Positions 36,926 through 50,127 of a stretch of DNA of 64,000 bases are shown in pieces. The position numbers and the translations under genes were made by a program. The stretch lies in NCBI GenBank assembly GCA_013265495.1, contig MU058221.1:2666001-2730000 (forward strand), written 5' to 3'. The notes beneath the pieces are model-generated. The model searched no databases and was not told where the DNA came from. It was given only the letters and a program-made list of their open reading frames with translations. The stretch comes from Vicugna vicugna (taxonomy: Eukaryota). Positions within the stretch are counted from its first letter, which is position 1, and each line of letters starts with the position of its first letter.

Positions 36926-37412
36926 AAAGAATAACTTACAGAGATGTGCAAGGCAAGAAATGAACTTCCTCATGGGCCATTGCAAAGTAGCTACTTCTTG
37001 AAGGAAAAATAATATAATTATCCTTTGTCTCATCAAGGGTAAGTGAAGGGGAGAGAGGGATGGAAATCTGGCAAATTGCAGTAGGAAAGATACAAGGAAG
37101 CACTACTTTGATACCGTAGAATGAACATGAAACTCATTGTTCTGTGCTAACCTACACACTCATAAAGACTGAAAGTTTGAAACCAAACCAACAGAAGAAT
37201 AGATGCATGAACGATTCCTGAAAATGCTTCACTCCTTTTTTTGCATAGAATTTAATAACTGTGTATGTTTGTATTTTCCCAAGCTCTTAAAATACAAAAG
37301 GAATGTGTATGTAGATTCTATTCTTATTCATCTGCTGTCAACACAGTTTCTGTGAAATCCCCCAGGAATCTTTTATTAGCTTATATGTTTAGATGACATC
37401 ATTCCTCTTTTT

Positions 37413-37760
37413 AAAACATTTTTTTTAATGTTTCTTTTTTATTGAAGTAGAGTCAGTTACAATGTGTCAGTCTCTGGGGTACAGCACAATGTCCCAGTCG
37501 TGCATATACATACATATATTCACTTTCACATTCTTTTTCATTGACGGTTATTATAAGGTATTGAATATAGTTCCCTGTCCTATGGAGATTCCTCAGAAAC
37601 CTCAAAAAACTAAAATAGACTTACCCTATTATCCAGCAATCCCACTCCTGGGCATATATATCCAGAGGGATCTCTAATTTGAAAAGATACGTGCACCCCG
37701 GTGTTCACAGCAGCGCTGTATACAACAGCCAAGACATGGAAGCGCCCAAATGTCCACTGA
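37413..37760. mobile_element. L1 with 5' inversion (- 37413-37582; + 37583-37760), TSD-flanked
   Basis: Antisense 3' end joined to sense ggagattcctc...aatcccactcctgggcat...aagacatggaagc; perfect TSD cattcctcttttt at 37400-37412 and 37761-37773. Confidence 0.92.
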
Positions 37761-39147
37761 CATTCCTCTTTTTGACCCAACTATAGTCATCACTCCTTGC
37801 CAGGAAGGAGAAAAAACAATACCTTTCCTCTTGCACTGAACCTTCCAAGAACCATCCTTCCAGTGCCCCACGCAGGGTTTCTCTGGACCTCTCCATTCAT
37901 TTGCATTCCTGAAGATTTGAGATTCTCTTTAGTGGCTGGATTTTTTTCACCTTGGAGCCTGGAACCAAGACCTCTAGCCTGATGGCCCCGTTAAACATCT
38001 TGTGAACGGGAATAATGAGTGAAAAGGTCAGACAGTCCATTTAAGTCCTAACATTTTTCAGATTTCAAGACACCGTAGTGTTGTGACAGAATCCGTATGT
38101 GTTTCAGGAGAGCAAGAATGAAAGCAAGGTTTTAACCTTCAGTTTTAATAAATATTTTCCAGTAAAACATTGAAACATTTTGGTATTTTAATCAATGAAC
38201 TGAAAACAACAACTTAAGAAAAACAAACAAACAAATAAACCAGCCAGGGCATTTTCTAGTTTCACAGAATCGGAGAAAAGCGATTGAAACAAACATCAGC
38301 CAACATGCATTCAATCACTATCTATTATTTAGAGCAGCGGGTTTGGGTTTTGTTTTAATGGTATTTTATTTTGCGTTTCGTGAGGGTATTTCGCCAAGCA
38401 AGGTAAGCTTTAGGAGTTTGAAATTTGATTTTAATGTGTGTGTGTGTGCGCTTGTGAGGCCCTATTCATGTTGAATTCAGTCCCATTCTTTTTCTAGCTC
38501 CTAATTGCACCCTCCGACTTAGTACAGATGCATTTGTTCCTAAGTGCAATCAGGAAGCATATTAGAAATCAGCTGTACATAGTTAAGCTCTTATAAATGG
38601 AAAGTCTATTACATTTGTGTTAGAAACAGAATGTTCGTAGTGGAATTCAGTTGCGGTTGATAGACACATACCGATTGCACAGGGCATGCTGAGTGCTGCA
38701 CTGGACAGTGTGGTGAATAGTGATAAACAAAACACCGTCCCAGGGAGCCCAGGGTCCAGAGGCAGCGTCCCGGAGTGACTGATGGTCAGACTCAGCAATT
38801 AGGGCTGATGTTCCAGTCTTGTTTTGTTTTACTACCTGCAGGCTCTAAAATACAGTGTTCTTCTTTCCTAAATGGGAACAGCAGTAACCACGGAAACACG
38901 TTTATTATACTGTATATTTCAGATTATAAAGGCTTACCTGTGCATGGTTGAAAATTCAATTATGATAGAAATAAATAAAATGAAATAAGGGAACGTTCCC
39001 TGCGAGCTCATCTCCAGTCCTGAAATTTCCCCTTTGAGAGTTTGGTGTACCTATTCCAGGAAGGTTTCCCTTTGTATATACTTACATACTATCAATTTTT
39101 GTGTATGTTTTATTTTTATTATCCATTCTGTTTAGGAATTTGCTTGT

Positions 39148-39445
39148 ATTTTTTTAAATAAACCTTTAATTTGGGGAGGATTTTAGATTTACATAAAAGT
39201 TGCAAAAATAGTGCACAGTTCCATTTTCCCTTTGTCCAATTTCCTATAGATAGGATATATATCATATATAATAATAATATAATATGATATATATATATAA
39301 CCTGTATATTTACCTGAACAAGTAAGTTAACATTAATACATTACTCTTAAGTAAATTCTAGACTCTGTTCGGATTTCCCCAGCTCTTCCACTAATGACTT
39401 CCGATCTCGTGTTCAAAGCAGGCTCTCACGTGGCATTTAGCTCTG
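39148..39445 (-). mobile_element. Old L1MC/MD-type 3' end with (TA)-rich insert
   Basis: ttttagatttacataaaagttgcaaaaatagt...gttaacattaatacattactc...ttcggatttccccagctcttccactaatg. Confidence 0.7.
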
Positions 39446-42096
39446 GTTTGACTTTATCTAACAAAGCGTTCTGGACATCTTTTCGTATCTGTACATAGAG
39501 TCCTGCCCCGTGGTTTTCAGTGAGAGCATAGTTTTAATCAGTTTCGTCCACGTGGTATAATTTATGTAACCCTCCATTGTGTGTTGATGTTTTTCCATGT
39601 AAATCTTAAAGGGCACCTATGTGTGTCAGGACATTCCATGTATTATATGAGGTACTTCCAGCGCAACCTGTACCTTTAGGGTGCCAGACCGAGGCTTTTT
39701 CATCCACCTTGCTCTGGTTTCCTGTGCAGTAAGCGCCGCTTTGTTATTTTTGATGCATTTTTCATCTTTTGAGCTCTTTTTCCAAATGTGCTCATTTTCA
39801 TTCCACAGACGTTTTTATTTTTTGCACGATCCAGTTTGCAGATCTTCTCATTTGGGATGACTCTCGCTGCTCTTCAGCGGAGGGAATTATCTGGCCAGCC
39901 CGGTTTTAATGGCTAAGACAAGTGTCTGGAGTCCTGTGCCTCGTTTCTGGTTTTCCAGTCTTTGAGTGAATACAGCAGTGATCCTCCGCCGAGAACTGAA
40001 TTCGTTCTTAGATAACGGTCAAAACAATGAGTCATCAGTGATGGCTGTACCCGCTCTGGCTTTACCAGCACAAGGTTATAAACTGGGGGGCTCTGTTCCC
40101 CCAAAGCCTGTTTTAATCCTGTAAATCCATAAAGTAACAAAAAGCGATCGTGGGTTTTTTGTTCTTTTTTGCGTCTGGCCGGGCAGTAAGGTCTGTGTCT
40201 GGTTGTTGGCACCTGCGAGTAGGTAGGGACAATTCCCCGTGTCCCTCAGTTTATTGCAGTCGATGCCGCCATTGGGGGATCACTTCATGGCAGGTACTGT
40301 CAATACAATGAGATAGAGTAAAACCAAGGAGAAGGGGAAATGGACCCGCATTAGCTGTGACTGTGTGTCTCATGTCCACTGGAGGGTAGGCAGGGGGTTA
40401 AAGTCGGCCCTGCTTCCCACACGGATGAGCATCACCGGGCAGGAGTCCGCAGGAGCCACCCCGGGGCTCCTTATTGTTATTCAGCTTCCATTCGAATGCA
40501 GTTTCTTCCTTGCTCAACATCAGGGAGCGTAAAAGCATGTTACACGTCCACTGACCCCAGATAACTAAATAAATCCCAGGTTGTAGTCACAGAACGAAGT
40601 CCCAGTTCGTATCTGTACAAATGCCTGCAGACAGTGGATACAAGGAATTCAAAATAAATCAACTGTTAAATCCACGCATCTTAGTGGAATACGAGTAGGA
40701 AGGCGCATTCCGGCTCACGTACCCGCCACCCCTCCACCGTCCAGTGTGGTACATTATTTTCTTTGCTGGATGCATGTTTTGGTTTTGGTTTCCTTTCGGG
40801 GACCAAAGATTTATGCAGAGCTGGTTATGGGGTTTGGAGTCTCGGACCCCAGAAAAAGGCATGGACCTTTGTGATACGTACCTTTGTGATGTATATCTGA
40901 TCATTTTATGCTAGTCAGATTGCCAATTTGGATGCAGTGGCAATATTAGGCAAGCTATAAGTCCCTAAGATGGATGCTTCTGCAATTTTTTTCCATACAT
41001 TTCCCCCAGAAATCTTTTAAATCATGTTCACAATGAAGCTTAAAATGACTGCTTTCTCAAAAAAAAAAAAAAGGAGGATATGATCCAGGGGATTTATAAG
41101 CTGCATTTGATAGAAATCTTTGGCAAGAAAGTAAAAATCAGTTCATTTTAATGATTAGCAATCAAAAAAGATAAAGTATCATCAAACTCTAAGAAGATCT
41201 GGTGTATTAAATCCAGGGGCGGGGGGGGGGGGAACCACAGCCACCACCTGATAGATGCAGAGCAGACTAATACATTCTAGGTTCCTTCTTTTTCAGTCCT
41301 TCATCCTGAACATATTGGCCCCAGGTTGCTGGAAATGAAAATAATGGCATGGTGATTGTGAAGGGACCATGTTATATAAGAGGGTTCTGATATTTAAATG
41401 AACACTTCACTTCTTGTTTCTGAAAGTGAATGTCGGTAGGTTGGCTTCGAATGTGTTTTGAATATTTTGCTAGAACTGGATTCTATCAAGGAGGAAATAA
41501 AAGTATCTCTGAGGCGGGTGCTGCAGTTCCACTCCTTGGTTGTAAACCTTCTGAGCAGCCTCAGTTCAAAACGTATTCCCACTGAAAGAAATTTTATTTG
41601 AACGTTGTAACATGCGGTTGGTGGAAAGACAGTGCAGGAATTCAACCTAAGGGCTCAACCTGGCAGCGAGAGAAATGTATCCTGTGTTTTATGTTAAAAA
41701 CATTAAAAAGATGATCTGTTTTGGAAGATAAATTAGTACTGAGTGTAGAGTATATGCAGAGACCGAATGTGAGGTCACGCAGGTCCCAGTGTCTTCTTAG
41801 CAGGGACAGGGACCAGGTCCAGGGAGCCTGGCGAGGGACTGTGAGTGAAGCCTGGGTTAAAGGTAATCTTTCTGAGAGCTATAAAAAATTGAGGAACAAA
41901 ATCATCGTGCGAAGGACAAGGCGTAAAATGTTCTCTTTAGTAAACCTACTGCTTCAGACCCTTGTGCAGCGGCCGTTTCTGGAGACACCAGTTAGGCTGT
42001 GAATCACAAATCATCCTTATCTTTTCATCACATGGGACCAGGGAGGAGTTGCGTAAGTTATCTGAAAGCAATTAAATTCTTAATCTGAAACTTTGG

Positions 42097-42400
42097 AGTT
42101 GGGGTTGGCAAGTGTTTTCTATAAAGTTCCAGATAGTAAATATTGTCCACTCTACAGGCAAAATCGGTGCAAAAACAGCCACAAACAACGTGTAAAGGAA
42201 AGAGTGTGGCCGTGTTCTGATATAATTTTATTTGTGGACATTGATGGTTGTTATTTCATATAATTTTCATTCATCACAAAACATTCTTGTTTTGATTTTT
42301 TTCCCCATTATTTAAAAATGTAAAACTGCCCTTAGTTTACCGGACCACAAAAACAGGCTGCAGGCAGGATTCAACTAGCTGGCTGAGTTTGCTGACTGGT
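42097..42400 (+). mobile_element. MER58B hAT MITE
   Basis: ggggttggcaagtgttttctataaagttccagatagtaaatatt...tttcatataattttcattcatcacaaaacattc...aaaaacaggctgcaggcaggatt. Confidence 0.82.
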
Positions 42401-42963
42401 GTTTTAATAATTCAAGGCAATCACGAATTCAGGCTGCTTTTCATTTTGGTGTAAAGATTCATCTGTAGGTTCTTTCTTTTAATATATCATTTCTAAGGAA
42501 AAAGTGGATGATATTTTTTTAAGGGGAAGCATATTGTCTTCCAAAAAATAGTTTTTCCCCAACAATTCTTTCCTTCCTTGCTACCAACCTGATTTGTTGG
42601 GAGTAAAGCTACCCCTTTGTGCTAACTTCTCTTCTGAAATCCCACTACTAGAAATAGATGTATTTGGTTTCACGTGGAATTGCAAATACTTGATGAACTA
42701 CCATTGAAGGGAGAGTCGAAGAAATGGATAGCCCGGGGGGGGGCATAGCTTCAAGGTGGCAGCTGAGAGATAAATTGTCTCTGAAATCTAGTGTTTTGTC
42801 TTAAAATATGTCATTTCTGCATTCTGTTCCACCATACTGCTCTGTTTCTTTTAATGTACACAAAGTGCTAAATGTATTGACCAGTTTACTTACTCTGTCC
42901 ACAACCTTTGAATGCATATGCAGTTCTCCAGTGGCCCTCATTCCAGGAGCACACCTCTGCCGC

Positions 42964-43028
42964 CTGGCCACACCCCCAAGGGCTGGCCACACCCCTGAGG
43001 ACTGGCCACACCCCGAGGGCTGGCCACA
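42964..43028 (+). repeat. 18-19-bp minisatellite, about 3.5 copies (ctggccacacccc..aggg)
   Basis: Units start at 42964, 42983, 43002 and 43020. Confidence 0.92.
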
Positions 43029-43509
43029 TCTTTGCTGAAGAAATGCATCACTGAATCAAACCGGTTGTCCATCAGCCCCCATGCAGTGGGGTTCTGAGCA
43101 CAGTGCTCCAAGTGGTGCAAAGAGAAGCCCAGATGAGAATCTTGCTTGTCCTGTATAGTGACCAGAATGCACCCCACTCCCTCGACCGCTGTGGCTTCCA
43201 TCTGCAGAGCTGTGGGAGAGCCCAGGGTGGTAGCAGGGCGTGCTCACCATCTTTGAAAACAGACAGACATGCTTTAAATTCTGACTGTTCCGTCAATAGT
43301 TGGGCTAGTGAATTAATTTTCCTTGTCTTAAGAGGGAGAATTGATGATGGTTCTTTCATTACAAGCAGAGACACTGGGTAATATAATCCCAAAGGGATAT
43401 ACCAGGAAGCCAGTGGAAGCATTCGGCACCGAAGGAGGCGTTAACATACCTGTTGGAGGGAAAGCAGAAACACACCGGCCACCAGCTTTCTGGGACTGAG
43501 ACTGTGATC

Positions 43510-43632
43510 AAGGAGCCGCCGACCTCCGTTTGCCCGGAAGGGTGCTGGTTTACACGTGCGGCCCTGGCCTAATTATCCGGGCTCCCTTTTCGCTCTTGAA
43601 TGTGTGCTGTTGACCAATTCCACGGTCACCTG
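43510..43632. mobile_element. MER94-like hAT-Blackjack MITE
   Basis: ccgtttgcccggaagggtgctggtttacacgtg...taattatc...cccttttcgctcttgaatgtgt...ggtcacct. Confidence 0.65.
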
Positions 43633-43848
43633 GACGGAGCCAGCAGCTTATTATCATTTCTGACTGGCAGCGGCTCCTGCTCTTCCTCGCATTTCAGACC
43701 CTGCTCTTGTTCCCTCTGGCCGAGGCTGAGTATCAATTCTAGATTCTTCTGGGGCCACCTTGCGGGTTCTGGTTGAACCGTCCACCGGGAATTAAAAGGA
43801 GCGGTGGAGAAGTGGGCAAAACTGACAGCCATGCGATCAGTCTCAGGT

Positions 43849-44025
43849 CTTTTTTTTTTTTTTAATATTTTATGTATTTATTTTGTTTGTTTTTAGAGGC
43901 TTTTCGGGGGGGGGTGCTGGTAATTAGGTCTAATTATTTATTTGTTTTTAATGGAAGTCCCGGGGATTGAACCCAGGACCTTGTGCAGGCCACGCATGCG
44001 TTTTACCGCTGAGCTCTCCCCTCCT
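43849..44025 (-). mobile_element. Camelid tRNA-derived SINE (Vic-1-type)
   Basis: poly-T, ggtaattagg linker, ggggattgaacccaggaccttgtgcagg...accgctgagctctcccctcc. Confidence 0.88.
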
Positions 44026-44149
44026 GCCTGGTCCTGGACCTCCGTGCTCTGCCTGTCTGGGATGGGGGTTAGCTAGGACGGGTCTGCTGTGCTGACACCC
44101 TTCACTCTCCCTGACACTCGTAGTCTCGCTCCCCGGAGCTGCCCTTCTT

Positions 44150-44520
44150 GCACTGAATCTCCGTACTGTCCCTGGAGATGGCTTTCTGAAACACGATTCT
44201 CTCCAAAACCCCTCTGACTCCTGACTTACTTAGCTTGCCACAGAAAGCTCGTGATGCACTAGCTCCTACCTTTTTACCCACAGGTCCCCTAGCCCGGCGA
44301 TTCACCCAGGATCCAGGCTCCTGAAGCCCCTCTGCTCTGGGGCGCTCTCACCCTCTTGCGTCTGGGCACATCCTGTTTCCTCTGCCTGCACCAGAACTGC
44401 ACTGATGTTTCGTTCCAGAATCAAAGCAAGATGTTGCCTTCCACCTCTAACTAACCTTCCTCTCTCTCCTAGGATGGTTATCCCTTCCTTTCACTCCCCT
44501 AATTCCTTAGGGACACTTTG
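44150..44520 (+). mobile_element. L2 LINE fragment
   Basis: ctccgtactgtccctggagatggctttctgaaacacgattc, gtttcctctgcctg, caagatgttgccttcc. Confidence 0.5.
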
Positions 44521-44794
44521 ATCTAAAATTTCAGGCCCTGAATTTCTTCGGTGGTTCACTTGCCTTTGTCCCTCTCGGGTTACTGGTTCCTTGGAGGCTG
44601 AGACCATAATTTTTACCTCTGCCAACAGTGCAGAGTCCATAAGTTGGATGAAAGTTGGAGGAACAAATCAGTAGTCGACATGAGAAAGGAGTATTATTTC
44701 TGGGAGGAGAAATATAAACACGCAGAGGATGGTGCACAGATTTTAGACAGACATAGAAAACCCTGTTGAAGGCATTCTGACTTCACTTACATTT

Positions 44795-45254
44795 ATATGG
44801 GGCCAAATCAGTGTGCGTCTCTGTGTCCCAAGGACTTTCTAGGGCCACCAAAAGAGGTTCTTACCTTGCTGTCAGGATGTGACCTTACTTGGAAATAGGG
44901 CTGTTGCTGATGTCATTAGTTCTGTGAGGTCATAGTGGAGTGGGGTGGGGCCCTCCTCTGATGTGACTGTGGTCCTCAGAAGAAGATGGGCATCTGAGGA
45001 CAGGGACACGGAGGGAAAGTGACATGTGAGGATGAAGGCAGAGATGAGGGTAGTGGACCCACAAGCCAGGGAACACCAAAGGTTATGGGAAGACCACTAA
45101 AAGCACAGAAGGGTTCCCCCACAGGGGAACACGGCTCTGCCCACACCTTGATGTTTGACTTCTAGCCTCCGGGATCGTGAGACAATAAATTTCAGTTGTT
45201 TTAAGCCACTGAGTTTGTGGTGCTCTGTTACAGCAGCTGCAGGAAGCTGATACA
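44795..45254 (+). mobile_element. MLT1B/C-type solo LTR
   Basis: atgtgaccttacttggaaatagggc...gacttctagcctccgggatcgtgagacaataaatttcagttgttttaagccac...ggaagctgataca (terminal CA). Confidence 0.9.
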
Positions 45255-45459
45255 GAGATGCAGACAAACCTCTGTGGCGTGGGTGGGACTCCATGCATCA
45301 CTCTAAGTGTGATGTGCTATTCACATATGCTGCCTGGAAAATATAAGGCAGCATGCGTGTAAGTTACTACACATTAGTCCCCCCCACCATCTCTTTCTTT
45401 TTTTTTTAATCTTAGTACTTTTAATTCTTGAGTGAAGTGATTACAGTACTGTATCGTAA

Positions 45460-45660
45460 TGCAGGAAGCATGAATTGGAATCACATCTGAGTTTAAATCA
45501 CAGCTCCACTGTGAGCTACGTTTTCTCTCTGAGCTTTAATCTTCACCTATGCAGAATGTGGATGATCAAAACCATCTTTCTGCTCACAGCAAAGATGAGA
45601 AACCATGGCGGCTACGGATCACTTGTTACACGGCAGGCACCTGATACGTAGTGACTCATC
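45460..45660 (+). mobile_element. MIR SINE
   Basis: ggaatcacatctgagtttaaatcacagctccact...ctctgagctttaatcttcacctatgcagaatgtggatgat. Confidence 0.6.
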
Positions 45661-47479
45661 GTTTTATTCTTCTTGTGTGATTATTCTTCTTAGTTTTTCA
45701 CGAATTGCATCACTGCTGGAGAGTTATTTATTCTTATATTTGCCCAAATGCTTGACACCGTCATCATCATGGCCTAGAAGTGACAAAGAGAAATCTGACG
45801 ACTTTTAAAGAATCTCTTCATACCCTGGACATTTTGAGACTTGAGAAATTAGTGGTTTCCACTTTTATTTTTGAATGGTTACTAACTTTAGAGGACTGTT
45901 AATCCCCCACGTGTGTGACTCACCAGTTCATCACCAACACCGTGCCTTTTAAAGCCACGTGTGACTCAGGAGAAGTATGAACCGAGAACCTGAGAGCATT
46001 TGGAGGTGGAGATGCTTGTGTTGGGGGTGGAGCAGGGGTGTTTAAGTCTCTTTCTCCTTTGAAAGTGGAGGCTGGAAAGTTTTGCTGAAGATAAAGTTAT
46101 GGAGCACGTCTTTGGAGTCAGATTCTTTAATTCACAGTGGATTTTAAACTTAGTTGTTCCAGCTCGCCTCGTTGTACTGTCGCACAAGCTGTCAGCAGGC
46201 ATGCCAGACAACACTGCCACTGATTTAATTGTTTCTGACTTAGCTTTTCTCTCTACCATCCCACATTATCTAAACAGTCAGTTCTCCATATGCATCAGTA
46301 AGAGACAGTGGACAGAGTTACCGGAAATTAGCTTAGCTGAGGACTTTACCAAAGCACAGGTGAATTCCAGGGCCAAAGACTCCGAGCAAGTGATAGGAAT
46401 TGGACAAGAGTCTTTTAAAACATAATTTTAAAAAAATCACTGACTGGCGATGTAGAGCAAAAGCAGTCTTATTGGCCTCAATCTTAACTGAATATACCCC
46501 CACCTAAGTGTATAAAGATGACCCCAAGTCTTCAAGAAAATGACGCATTGTATTGACCCTGGGTAAGAAGGAAGGAGCGTGTGTAAAGCAGTTCAGGGAT
46601 TAATTTAAAAATGTGTTGTTTTCCTTTTTTAGGTGTGAACGTCAAAAGCAGTTGGTTTTCATGGTCAGAAACATTTATTCAAATGAAATTCCATATTCGT
46701 CATACCCCACTCTAGTATAAATAATGCCCCGAGGGATTAGGGAAGGTCCTTATGAAAGCCATTCCTTACCTCCTTGCCATCACCTTATTCCTCCTAAGAC
46801 AGGCGCAGGGTAGCTCTTGACTCATTCCCTTAGATGCCGTCTTCTAGACCTTGGTGGACTGACGAATGGGGCTTGGTGACAAGCTCTGAAGGCAGTTTCT
46901 CTAGTTAAACACATGAAGAATGGGGCTGGATGGCAGGAGGCCACCGGGAATGGCTCACCACTAAATTACTATGTGTGTGAAGGGTGTCCGGTCCAGGGGG
47001 GGGTGTGGCTACCATCATGACCCGCTTGGGTGTTCTTGTGTGCACGTATGTGTGCATGCAGGGGTGGGGACGAGGGAGCGTGAGTTTTTCATTCAACAGG
47101 CACTTACTGAACAGCTAAACTGTGCAAGCACAGGGGAGTCGGGGACAGGAAGGAAATGCTCCTTGGAGACTGACTTTCCGAAGCACCAGAGAGGCTGCGT
47201 TTCTGAGCGGTTAATGCAAGGGAGAGAAATCCGCCTGTGACTGGGCAAGAACGGCAAGAGGCTGGTTCCCTTCTTAGCGCCAGAAACCTCGAAGAGACTC
47301 TTCCACAGGGTCAGGGTTAACGTTCCCCCTTTCTGAAGCTGCACGCGGAACACTGTGACTGTGGTCGCGGGCAGAGGTCACACAGATCTCCCCGCGGCAG
47401 GAGATGGGCGTTCGTCTGTTGGGTCCAAGTAGGCTGCAACTACTGCGTGACAGGGGAAGTCTGAGCTGGCTCCCAAGAG

Positions 47480-47999
47480 TCCTGTCTCCTGCTGTGTATC
47501 CATCACGCAGGGTGTGTGCAGCAGGATGCTCTCCCATTGGGCGTGGGCAGCACGCGTGACTGTGAGGGTGCAGTTACTCCCTTGATTATGCTGTGTTGTA
47601 TTAAACTCCATCTTAGCCGACTGGGAGAGAGAAGGAGACTTGCTGGTCTTGAAGGAGCGAACTGGTACGCGTGGAGAGGGCCTTAGGGCAGGGAACAGTG
47701 GAAGGCGCTAAGAGCTAACAATGGCCCCTGATCGACAGCCAGCAAGAAAATGGGAACCTTGGTCCTACAAGTGCAGGGAACAGAATTCTGTCAACAACCT
47801 GTGAAGCCGGAAGAGGTCTCGGTTGGGATCAGACCCCAACAGACACTGTAATTTCAGCCTGGTGAAACCCTGAGCAGGGGGCCCACCCACTCTGTGCTGA
47901 ACCCCTAGTGCATGGAAGCTGTGAGGTAATAAACGTGTGTTACTCTAAGCCACTAGCTTTGTGGTTATTTGTTTAGACATCAGCAGAAAAGGTAATACA
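47480..47999 (+). mobile_element. MLT1E/F-type solo LTR
   Basis: gacagccagcaagaaaatgggaaccttggtcctacaa...aattctgtcaacaacc...gtgaggtaataaacgtgtgttactctaagccactagctttgtggttatttg...taataca. Confidence 0.85.
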
Positions 48000-48310
48000 G
48001 TTTTGATTTCCAAAAGCGGGGTCTCCAGTCTCTGAGTAAATTGATAAGCAAGAAAAACACTCTGTGTGCAACCACATCACCAGGCTCTCTTTGTTTAAAG
48101 TAATTCACGAAGTATTCCTCTCCCTCCCTTAGCAAGGCCATTTACAGAACAGCAACAGCCTTTACAGTTTGGATTCTGTTATGATCTGCATGATCTACAG
48201 ATGAGTACCTGAGTTTTGCCAACTTAGCTGAGCCATCATTTTGGGTAATAACTTGTGATGGACTGAATACCTGCTGTTGTACACTTTTGTTATACGTCCT
48301 TATAAATGAC

Positions 48311-48423
48311 TTTTTAAATTAACTTAATTAATTAATTAATTTCAGTGGAGGTATTGGGAATTGAACCCAGGACCTGGTGCATGCTAAGCATGCACTCTAC
48401 CACTGAGCCATTTCCCTCCCCCC
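48311..48423 (-). mobile_element. Camelid tRNA-derived SINE (Vic-1-type)
   Basis: gtggaggtattgggaattgaacccaggacctggtgcatgctaagcatgcactctaccactgagccatttccctccccc. Confidence 0.9.
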
Positions 48424-50127
48424 ATAACTGATTTTCCTAAGGCAAATTGCAATCTCCTGTTTGTCACCCATCAAGAAAAAAATATGTTGATCTTGAAGCT
48501 TTCTCTTTTTCACACTGCTCCCTCCTTTCTCCCAAGTGTGCATTCTCAAGGGCCCTTTCAGATTAATGGTAATTTGGAGCGAATGCATGAAGGTGATATT
48601 TTTTTTTAATGGGTGTGGAGAAGGGGAGAGGACCATCTAGTCAAAATTTCATACTGGTTTCCCACCCGGAAAGAAGTGGATCTCACGCAGAAGACTAGAC
48701 ATCACTGAGGACAGTCTGGTGTACCTGTCGACATTTCGACAACCTGAGCCTCATCTCCCTCTGAATTGGGAAGACGTTTTCACTGACTTCTTGATATATT
48801 TGAATTCATGTTTTCCACAGCACTCCAAATATGTCGGATATGTTTGCGGGTGTGAATTTGACTGTGTAACACTTTTCTTGCTAAATAGCAAGTTTTTTTG
48901 TTTTTTGTTTTTGTGTGTGTGTGTGAATTGGCTTCTGACTTACAGACCTATATTTACAGCTCTGTGAGGTCTGTAAATTCACGACTTAAAAGAACACCCT
49001 TCCCAGTCTTTTCAGGTTAGTCAATTTGCATTCAGACAGAAGCCAAATGCTCTTAAAATAAAGGTGTCCATCAGGCATAAAGTTATGCGATTTCTCAGTT
49101 GCTCTCTCTCTATATGGAGACAAGTCTATGTGGAGCCATTTTTCAAAATGGCTGGGAAGGACTGTCTCCACAATGATGGCCAATATTCCTTAATAATTAT
49201 GATGAGTCCTCTGGCCCCTATAAAAATGAAAGTAAGCCTGGGGAAGGTGTAACCCAGGGTAAACCCAATCTGAGAAACGGGAAACCAAGTCACCCTGTTT
49301 TTCAATTCTCGGGGACACAGTTCTCACATTATTCTGTGTGAATAGTGTCCCCTGGTGCTATGTAACACCCATGCTGCAATGATGCATGCTCCAGATTCTG
49401 GGATTGTTTTTTTAAGAAGCTCAAGCATTACTCAAGTTTTAAAAAAAAAATTGTGTGATTCAGTTGAGCTCTATTAATCTTTGTGTTTCCTTGGAAATGA
49501 ACTTACCAATTCTGCTCTTGAAAACATGTTTGATCAGAAAGAGGGCAGCAATCTGAATGGCAGAGGATATTGAGGGGTGGAGTCTGGGAGGAGGCACAGA
49601 AAGAAAAGTGTACTTTCTCCACCTTTTTGTTGGGAGCTCTTCCCTGCTACTACTTCATTCGGCATCTCCCCACCCTAATCCATTCTGGCTTCCATCCATC
49701 CATTATCCATCTACTTACACCCAGCCATCCACCAAGCCAGCCTCCTGGTCATCCGTTCACCCCTTCATCTATATGTCCATCGATCCAGCAGACACTGATT
49801 GAGTGCCTGTCATTCGTCAAGCATTGATGGGCGACCCAACAGCCAATGTGAATTTCTGGACTTTACACCATACTTCAATGTGCAGAGAGAAGAACTATTA
49901 AAACTTGGCCATTATCTGTCATTAAGAAATTGGTGAGAGATGTGCAGCTGATACACCTAAACCTTTGAAAATAGCTTTTGCGATTGTACCTCTTCCGTCT
50001 TTCCTCAAAATGCACCCAAAGGGTCCAAGGCTCAGTGATGATGGGTATGAGTGCATGGGTTGTAGTTTCAAGGTGTGCAATGTGGCCTTGCAGACTTCAC
50101 AAACTGGTTTATGGTACAATCTTTAAA

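Noticed and set aside
41474..41520. Coiled-coil-looking peptide ELDSIKEEIKVSLRRV after ttttgctag
   Set aside because: Only weak donors (gtatct, gtgctg) and no recognised homology
42735..42770. G-run + catagcttcaaggtggcag resembling a SINE head
   Set aside because: No B box, tail or TSD; similarity too short
45326..45356. 9-bp inverted repeat atgctgcct...aggcagcat as a miRNA-like hairpin
   Set aside because: Stem far too short for a pre-miRNA and expected by chance in 64 kb
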